Program-made: the position numbers and the translations under genes | In this document: positions 49,072 through 64,000 of the stretch, in pieces | Position numbering within the stretch: the first letter of the stretch is position 1 | How the letters are laid out: each line of letters begins with the position of its first letter | Assembly: GCA_012295275.1 (NCBI GenBank) | Contig: CM022665.1 | Coordinates: forward strand, 17,050,001 to 17,114,000 | Length of the DNA: 64,000 bases | Source of the DNA: Chrysomallon squamiferum | Taxonomy: Eukaryota > Animalia > Mollusca | Direction: 5' to 3' | The notes under the pieces: generated by a model | Seen by the model: the letters and a program-made list of their open reading frames with translations, nothing else | Told to the model about the DNA's origin: nothing | Database searches by the model: none

Positions 49072-50966
49072 TGAAAATGTATTTTCAACAAATAACAGTG
49101 CAACAAATGAAAATAGAAAATACTAAACAAATTTTAGCATAATGCAGTTATAGAGGGCAAATTATTTTCTTCTACTCCATGTAAGCAATTAATATGGTTG
49201 ATTTTCTTTAAAAATTAAATATATAATTTGAAGTCTTAAATAAATAATAAATTTACAGATTATTACATTCAGTATATGCTAATTTACATTTTTTATCTTT
49301 CTACATTTTTTCTTAAAGATCATTGCAAAAATATCATCTAGAAATGCAACCCATCACAATATATTTTCAAAACTGAAATGAGTGTAATTAAAATAAAAAA
49401 AGAAAGTACCCCAGAATTTAACTATTTAAAGTGTAATTTTGATGACAAGAACAAAAACAAAGCATATTCTGCAAACTTCCAGTTTATATTGTCTCTGCCA
49501 TTATTCAAAAATTACAAAATACCATATACGCACCAACATCACAACTTCATTTGTGAAGGCCCAAAATGGCAGCATTCACATATTTTGTGAGTTATTTTTA
49601 TATCAATTTAATAACAATAAACAATAAAATATCTTGGAAGTATAAACATTATAATTATATGGTTTATTTGTACTGCTACAGTACATTTTACTCTTTAGCA
49701 ATATGCATGCAAAAACTAGACTGTTGATACAACAAAATACTTAAGTAATAACTACTCTGAAAATTAATATATTTTTCTTTAGGAGTTACTTATATCCGAG
49801 TGCAAAGGTTAACTATCGTGAACAAATTAATAAAATAGATGTACAATGACTTAGCGGAGAAAAGGCTGATAAGAACTGTTTTAAAGGCAGATATAAACTA
49901 AGTATTTCTATAATCTCTGGAGTGAATAATCCAAGATGGCTTTATATTTGTTCAAGTCCTGGTAGGCCATTTTTTTCTTTGTAGGCAAAAAATAATAATT
50001 AGCAAATGAAAAGTAAAATTCAAAATACCATGCATTTATCTGAAAGAAGGACAAACTGAGTTGGAAATGTGTTTACAGATAACAGAAAATATTAACCTGC
50101 AACCAGCACAATGTGAAGAAAAGAAACTTTCAAAAATCACCTCCATTTCTTCTTCTGTAATCAATTTGTAACAGCATGGCCTTAATTATAAATATTTTTA
50201 ATTTCATAAATACTAGAGAAGCTACTATAGTTAAAATAGTATTAATGTAACTATCAGGCTGATGTAAGCCATTGTAAATGTGATGTTTATCTGAACCAGT
50301 GAACAATTAACAATTAAAGTGCATGCTTTCAACAACAACTGATAGTTATATAATATCTACTAGTTCTGACTTTATTTTCCTTATCAAAAGAGCAAAACAT
50401 TACATATGAAGCTTTTTCCTACCCCATGCATATTTTATTATTTCAACAACTGCTAACAAGTCCCATTCCATCTCTACAGTCATTATTTTGTTTTTGTCAA
50501 GTTTTTTCTTTTTTCTTTCAAATGAATTGCTGATAGTTTCTTTTTAAACAAAGAAAAGCAGTAATTAACACATGAGAAATGACACTCCATACTGCCATAT
50601 GTATGGATTACTTCAAACATTTCTCAGAGGCAAATACCCAGTAATAGATTACCAGAGTCCAGTCACATGATAACAATTAAACAACAAATTTCATATCCTC
50701 TGGCTCCATTAATACAACTTCGAGAAAACTTTTGAGTCACATGCTCACATCATTTTATGTACACCAGAATCTTTGTCTGTATGTAATGTATATCTCTGTG
50801 TGTGAACATTGGAAATTACCCCCACAAAATAACTTTTATGTGGGTCTGGCTGTGTTTGACATCTGTTCCACAACTCTCCTTCAGTCCATTCCAAGAAAAA
50901 AAAAAAGTACATATATCCAGTCCTGTTCTTGCAAGAAAGTGCCAGAAAATACGTGACCTGCTGATG

Positions 50967-51021
50967 TTATATATCCAAAAAACTAATTTCGAAGGGTTGA
51001 GGAAAATCAGATGCAGAAACT
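50967..51021 (-). other. YY1: Candidate YY1 terminal exon start (3' UTR, or alternative C-terminus VSASDFPQPFEISFLDI-stop)
   Basis: Strong polypyrimidine acceptor ttttattttatttcAG ending at 51022. Open for 17 codons if joined directly to a phase-2 donor. Confidence 0.35.
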
Positions 51022-52267
51022 CTGAAATAAAATAAAAAATGTATTATAATGTTAAAAAAGAAAAGATCTGTAATAATTATAAAATATTACTCTTTTAAAT
51101 TTAGTGTGCAATAAATTTCATCTCCATGTGAAGTATGTATGCATGTAACTGCATTTCCATTTCAAAGTAATAGATGTCTTGGATATTTTAGTGCAATTAC
51201 ATTCATTTCAAATTATACTGCGGTAATTCAACAGTTAAATTCACAACATTTTTCTGCATGTCAACATAATTCCTGGAACAAGTGCATTCTTCAAAATGTT
51301 CTAAAATTACACGTCATGGATTACAAGTTTTGTTCAGGTGTCAAGTCACATCCTGTGAAACATGCAGGCTGATACTGCCCATCAGTCAACACTGGCTTTT
51401 TATTGGATATTATAATTACAATATGTGCAGTTCTCTCAAATGCAAACAACAAATTGTGTTTTTGCCAAGTTTATTAAAGTGATAATACAGTTTTGTCAGC
51501 AAACTTTGTAATAATGTAATTTTGTCAGAAAATGGGCATTTCCCAGGTATAGGTTAATATTAAGAAAAGAAACTAATAATTTGTGTTAAATATTTTCAGT
51601 GATCTCTGGGATTAAATCTGTATATTGTATATGATGTATGGCACATCATGAAGTTTAGTCAGCCTACAGGGACAAATTTGCAAGTAACATACTACTAGAT
51701 ATGAGATGTAGAATCTTTAATCTTCTTTAACAGTAATCTTATCACTTAGTCATATCAGTATTAATACACCTAATGCTTTACTTAAACTGTATAAAATATC
51801 ATTCTAATACATCCCATTCTAACTAGTAGGTTATGATCTATAGGTAACAGTTTTTGTTGCCAACTGATGTTAATGATGTTAGGGCAGCAGGTTGTTTTTC
51901 TGTGGTATTATTTATATATTTAAAAAAACAACCCTATATGTGCTAAAAACTGGTACTGTGCTCACAGTTCATAGTAAAAGATAATCAGGTTTTAATTATA
52001 AATCATTTATTTTTTAACAATTTTTAACAAAACTGACACTTTTTTGGGGGGGGGAAATTACTTTTGCTTTATATTTATAGATAATTATTATTTATTATTC
52101 TTGATACTAATTATAATATTAGCTCTATAAATATTTGGGAAAATAAACAGAGTTATACACTGCTCCTTTTTAAAACTATTAATTTTGGTTTTTCAAAGTC
52201 ATGAATATGTTTTTTTTTTTTTTTTTTAAATGTAGCAAGAAAATAAAAGCTATAAACTTTTTAGTGA

Positions 52268-52321
<54 letters not shown>

Positions 52322-52533
52322 TAAAAAGGCTGATGTGTGAGATATGATGAAAAGCAGAAAAAATAAAAAAGAGATGGTACAAAACTTGAGATATCAAAAT
52401 TTGTAGCACAAAAATATTAAAATTAGGAAAAGGCAAAACCAAAAGATAAAGAGTAATGATGAAATTAATTCTGTTAATTTTATTTATTTGTTATTATTTT
52501 TCTTAAATGATAAGCAGTGCAAGCAAAACTTAC

Positions 52534-52629
52534 ACACTTAGCCCTCACGGTAGGCAAGACGACAGGACCGGGCCCTATCCCCACCCCGGGGAATCAGGAA
52601 TGGTCACAAATGTCAAGTCCTCGACTGAT
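52534..52629 (-). CDS. YY1: Candidate YY1 last coding exon encoding SVEDLTFVTIPDSPGWG-stop (stop at 52577-52575)
   Basis: GC-rich island in AT-rich sequence with acceptor aattttcAG and donor GTAAGT. In frame after the 54360-54328 micro-exon, giving a total of ~359 aa. Confidence 0.5.
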
Positions 52630-52885
52630 CTGAAAATTACAACAACAGGTTTTGGTGCCATTGCAAACATTGATTAATAAGCACTGGACACGCAGCCACC
52701 CCTTGTTGCAAAATGGAATGTACCTAATGACTTTTTAAAAATGTTTAAAAAAACTTGTTGATGTTATTTATTATATACATATAGTTTGTTTGTATGTGTG
52801 TATGAGACTGAAAATGCATGGCTGTATTAACAAATAAACAATACAGCAAAAAATATTTCAAATTTCTTAAAAAAAAATAATAATA

Positions 52886-53012
52886 ATAAAATAAAATAAA
52901 ATAAAATAAAATAAAATAAAATAAAATAAAATAAAATAAAATAAAATAAAATAAATAAATAACAATAACAATAACAATAATAACAATAATAATAACAATA
53001 ATAAAAATAACA
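52886..53012. repeat. (TAAAA)n and (TAACAA)n simple repeats
   Basis: Directly visible in the sequence. Confidence 0.9.
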
Positions 53013-54327
53013 ATGGTTTGTCAAAGAAAACAGTGGTAAAAATTAACTGCCAGCCAAATAAAAACTGACATGCTTCAGAAATAAGGCTATTCAACAAAGA
53101 TTTTGGTGAAGTGCTGCCTTAAATATTGAAAACAGTGCCAACCTTTAAAATTGTTTTTAAAAAAGGTAGGTCTCAGCCCTATGGTTACAGTGGAGATAAC
53201 AAGGCATTCCTCCTCAATACATCCACTGGATTTTGTATGATTTTGTACATGCTTCTGTACTTTAACTGGTAACATTTGTGTAAGAGAGGTATTAAGATTT
53301 TCAATGACAATATATACATACTAGCCTTTGGATTAAAAAAATATTCAGTGAATGGCCATAATTAAAAATAACAGGCAAATAACTATGCAAAAGTTAAATC
53401 ATAAATTGTTTTGTATGAAACCATTAGTTTATAGTCATTGTATATTAACTTTCTTCTATTGTACAAGCAAAATGATAGTAACTTTGCTGTACATTCCAAT
53501 AATATCACAGATGTTAATTTCAATAAGGAAATACCCTGATTAGATACTGCACAGCTATGATACACCGAACATGTGGTGTATCAGTATCAAAGGAGTTATC
53601 ACATGCAGATACCAAAGCACACTACTGAAATATAAATCAGTATTTCATGTTTGTTAAAATATGAAGTTTCTTCATTAATGGCAATAGAACTGCACTGTCA
53701 GCAATGACAAACATTTAAAATGTATTTTAGAGATTCCTTGCTAAATGTTCAAAGATTTTTGTTTATTTTGTCTGCACTGCACATATCGCTGAACAGATAA
53801 TACCAAGTAAACAAATTTTTTCCCAGAGTGAAAAAAAACAGACACCTGTTGTTTGAGGCAGGTAACAAATAGTCTGCCTGGTAACTATAATAAAAACTAA
53901 CATATCAGTTTTGGGAACATTCTTTGATATAAATACACTTGTTGACTATTTCTGCATAATGACAATGTTTTCTACAGAAGAATACAGATGCAGTCTATGG
54001 ACATAAGCAGGAATTTAAAACCATATGGAAATACCACAAAATTTAATTATGTATCCAGACAGTCCTGAAAATTAACCAGTTTGACTACACAGATAGAGTA
54101 CTTATTAAATACCCTTTAATACTCATTCATACTAGTAAACCAAAACTTGAAAAAAATAAAATAAAACGCACTCAGAACATCAGAACAAAAACTAATAAAA
54201 TATCTACATAAATAGAGAGCCAACAGAAAAATTTCTTGAAAGCAATATAAGCTTTCTTTGAACATTCCTATCTTTATAGAAAATAATTTTTCAATTTAAA
54301 ATGTATTTGTTTTTAAATTCTACTTAC

Positions 54328-54360
54328 TGCACTCCAGGAATCTGATAGGTCGGCTGATTC
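54328..54360 (-). CDS. YY1: Candidate YY1 33-nt micro-exon encoding (K)NQPTYQIPGV(Q)
   Basis: Acceptor ttttgtttatacAG and donor CA/GTAAGT. Phase 2 to phase 2, compatible with the preceding exon, giving KAKNQ (human ends KAKNNQ). Confidence 0.6.
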
Positions 54361-54644
54361 CTGTATAAACAAAAAATTGTAATTCACAAATTAATTATGG
54401 CTTGTGAGATTCATAAAACATTAATTAATAATTTACAATTACAGACAACATTTGTGCTTAAGGCATACAATAAAATTTGACAAATCTTTCAGGAAATAAT
54501 GTGTATTTGTGATGGCACCATGTGGTTGTGATGCATTTTAAATAAAAGCTAATAAATTCCAGTCTTTATTAAAAACAAAACAGATACATATGTCATTAAG
54601 TAATATTAATGTACAATATATTTGAAAAGGGCACAGTTTAAATG

Positions 54645-55146
54645 CAGGCCTTAATCTTAGAATTTTTCAGTGGCAGCAAATACTGGCAACAGTATCTGAC
54701 TACCCTCAATAAAAATTGCTAGCCACAAAACTGTTACTAAAATTATGTTTTTAAAATTAATTATTTAGGTGTATTTTATGTTATTTATTTATATATAATT
54801 TTTTAATTCATGACCAGAACAGTGTAAAACAAAAATAATGATAAAACAGCAATAGATACGTTTAGAAACTTAATAATTATAACATATTATTTATTAATTA
54901 TTTTAGGGAACATTTTGTTTAATGACAGAAAACTGATTAGCAATTACTCATTTCAAACAACAGTTTTCTTTCTTTATATAGATAGATTAATAACAAAGGG
55001 CACCATGCAGAATTCCTATACTATCTTTGGACAATAAAAACAACATTAGTTTAAATTTTGACACTAAGTTGTAAACTTTTTTCAAAAACAAAACCAGCCA
55101 GTATTGCTGGCAGGACAGCCTGGTGTACCACTAAGATCAAGCCCTA
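54645..55146. mobile_element. Possible hAT-like MITE in a YY1 intron
   Basis: Imperfect inverted termini caggccttaatcttag and ctaagatcaagcccta, with a shared subterminal aatactggc in inverted orientation. The 8-bp flanks tttaaatg and tttatgtg match at 6 of 8. Confidence 0.4.
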
Positions 55147-55183
55147 TTTATGTGTTAATCAAATATTACTTTGTGACAAATAC

Positions 55184-61100
<5,917 letters not shown>

Positions 61101-61914
61101 TCAGCAGTAGTAACAACTCAGGTTCATTGCACACTTAATTATAGTTAACACATAGGTCTATGTTGTCATATTTGGGAATATTTTACAGATAATGTGCCAT
61201 GAAATTTAATACATATTTAAATTATAGTGTAACAATTAAGCATGAACATTTTAACAACAAAAATTTGTTTGGAGAACATTTTTTGGGAAATATTACCATT
61301 ATTGGGTTTTTCAGCATAACTTCTTCAACAGTAATTATTGAAAACTTGCACTTTTCGCTAAAAACAAAACAATAATAATAATAATAAATAAATAAAATAA
61401 AATAAGAACAAAATTAAAAATAAAATTAAGTAATTAATACTGATGAGCACAATAAACGGATATAAACTTATTCAGTTAATATGTTTTCCTTATTTAATTT
61501 ATTTTGTTTGTCATATTTTATTTTATTTATTTATTTTCGTTTTATATATAAATGACATGAATGAATGAGTAAGTGAAAAATGTATGTGTTTATCAGTGCA
61601 CACTTTTGTGCAGCATTCCGCTCTCTGAGTGATACCAGAGGGTAGGGCTGTCACATAATGAAAAACAACGTATTCTTTTTTTTTTTACAAATAAATATTC
61701 CAGAGGCTGTTACTATTATCTATTAGCATGAAAATATGTTTATGTGTACTTTCTATAAGCAATGTTTGAAAAGTGCATACGAGTAATTCCAAATGGCAGG
61801 AAAGGAAGATGTCTCATTGAAGGACACTAAAACATCAATCAATTGTAAAGCAGTGTTAGTCGCCTATGATATAATACGAAAGAACTAATTCAATACATAT
61901 TATCAGCCCGAATA

Positions 61915-61949
<35 letters not shown>

Positions 61950-63381
61950 GTAGAAGGAAAGGGCTATGGAAAAACAGGACCGTTAGAAGTTTACTACCAT
62001 AAAAAGCGTCGATTTAAGGGATATGAAGTAATATTTTGGTGAAAGTGGATACTGGTTTTTGTTGCACAGAAATGAACATATACTTCTTTTCTTTTTCTAA
62101 TGTCTAATAGTGTTCACAATTCCCGTTATAAACCGAAGAAGCCTAGTATTTATTTTGTTATGTATCCAGTGTAAAGCAGAATAGTGTTGCATAACATAAT
62201 CGATATTTGATAAGTCTAGAGCTATATATGTACAAATACAATTTTTTTATTTTTTATTTAAATGGTTCTAATTAAAAGGTATGTCTTGTAATCAGTAGCT
62301 GTGTTTGTGGTGTTTATTGTGCACAGGTGCCAATAAAAGAACTAGGGGTTTCATGATATTAAGAGTAATAGTCATAGGCGTACGATCCAAGGTCTGGTGG
62401 AGAGAGGGATATGTCCTTCCAGATTCAAGCAACATAACGGGGAAATTTTGGACAAAGAAAGAGGAAATTGATACTTGTGTTTTCATCTGTGTAAAATTTC
62501 GGACAAGTCAATCCGTCTGCCACCACTTAACCAAACAATTATCTTGGTAGTAGCAGCAGATTCAGTTGTAGAAGTAGTAGTAGCAATAGCAGTAGTAGTA
62601 ACAGTAACAGAATTGGCAGCAATAATAGATGCAGTAGTAGTAATAGTAGCTGTAGTTATATGCTAATTAAATACTAGTAATACTATTCTGGTTTTCACGA
62701 ATACATACAATTTTTAACGATGTATGTTCTGTTAAATTTAAGTCGTTTAGTTTTAACATTTCGAAGGGTTTTATTTATTTATTTAAATAATAATAATAAT
62801 AATAATAATAAATGTAAATATAACACCAGTGGTAATTACAGCTGTTTATATTATTGAATACTACCTTATAAATTATATATAAGAGGCCTATGTTTAGTTT
62901 ATAAAGTATTTTAACATCAACAACAAACGTGTACACGAATTTCAAAAGGATAAGGCATTATCATTGCACTAGATAATAAAGACAATATTGATTCAGTACA
63001 TTCGTATCAACTGACTATGCAAAAACACTGATTCTCAATTAGGTTTATCAGTGCATGCTAAAAAGGATAAATAATGACAATACTTCTTTATTTCTTTATT
63101 TTTAACAGCTTCTTACTGCAACATAAACAAGCACATTAATTAATAAACATCTGCATTTACTGCAGAAAAAGCTAAAACGTTAAGGAAAGTATTTTATATT
63201 CCTCTCAGTTTATTTGCTTTTTCAGACGCTTCGAAATGGACTAGTCTTATCTTTAGCTTATGAATATTCATGAGCTGCGGGTGACCTCATATCGGATGTT
63301 CCTCGGTGCGCTGTGCTTTGTTTTCAGAACGGCGTGCGACTGTTTAAAGAACTCGGCTAGCTTGACTGCTGATAGAGGAAG

Positions 63382-63463
63382 ATGGGCGCACGTATATCAA
63401 GAACGGATTATGAATGGGTTTACTCAGACGAACCGCACGCAACACGACGAAAAGAAATGCTAG
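63382..63463 (+). CDS. DEGS1: First coding exon of sphingolipid delta(4)-desaturase / C4-hydroxylase (DEGS1/DEGS2 family); gene continues beyond the window
   Basis: ATG at 63382 gives [27 protein letters not shown], followed by a phase-1 donor G/GTATGT. This matches the recalled DEGS N-terminus (human [28 protein letters not shown]) including the Gly2 myristoylation site. An acceptor ttttcAG at 63227 implies an upstream non-coding exon. Confidence 0.92.
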
Positions 63464-64000
63464 GTATGTTGAGACATTTAGTTTAAAGATGTAGCATCCA
63501 TAACTTAATTTCAGATGAAATCGTAGATTTATTTTGACGAATGATCAGTTTGATGGACAGCAAAATGTCGCCTGGTCCCGTCTGACATGCGCTGATACAG
63601 TAGGAGTATCTCACTATCTGATTATTCATATTATATAAACTCAACATTTTGTGATTTCCCACCTACCCCCGGGATATGATGTTACTGTGTAATTGTCTCC
63701 ATTAATCTCCAATTGTGATCATTCAAAATTTTTTTTTTAATTTTAATTTTTTTTTTCTAGCCCCAATTAAATTCTTTTACATCATACATCATTACTGTTA
63801 TTTTACCCCGCATTTTAATTTTCTCTTCGAATCCTTATTCTTTTAATATTACCATAATTGTTTGGGGGCTTTTGTTGTTATTTCTATCTCTCAATTTACT
63901 GGGTTTTTTTAAAAATACGTCTTTTTATTTGCACATTTGTAAAAATGTACATTCACTGGATTCCAAAGTTAGAAAACAAAAAATTGTATAAAAATGGTAT

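Overview
AT-rich, microsatellite-dense animal genomic DNA with GT-AG introns. It is probably from an invertebrate, and the SINE-like repeats look molluscan (weak inference). Most entries in the ORF track are microsatellite artefacts. Exons were assembled by hand from splice sites and reading phase, giving four genes. (1) A divergent CD36/SCARB/LIMP-II family scavenger receptor (minus strand, 2374-24308, 8 coding exons, ~725 aa) with a large Cys-rich insertion. (2) PAF1 (plus strand, 38473-47699, 13 exons, ~500 aa). (3) YY1 (minus strand, ATG at 60537), with five core exons and candidate alternative C-terminal exons. (4) The first coding exon of a DEGS sphingolipid delta-4 desaturase (plus strand, 63382-63463), missed by the ORF track. 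Main observations: a tight cluster of YY1-binding motifs in intron 1 of YY1 itself, a head-to-head YY1-DEGS arrangement like human YY1-DEGS2, the atypical CD36-family receptor, and an intronic DNA-transposon fragment resembling mammalian Tigger4/MER46. All homology calls are from recalled sequences; no searches were run.
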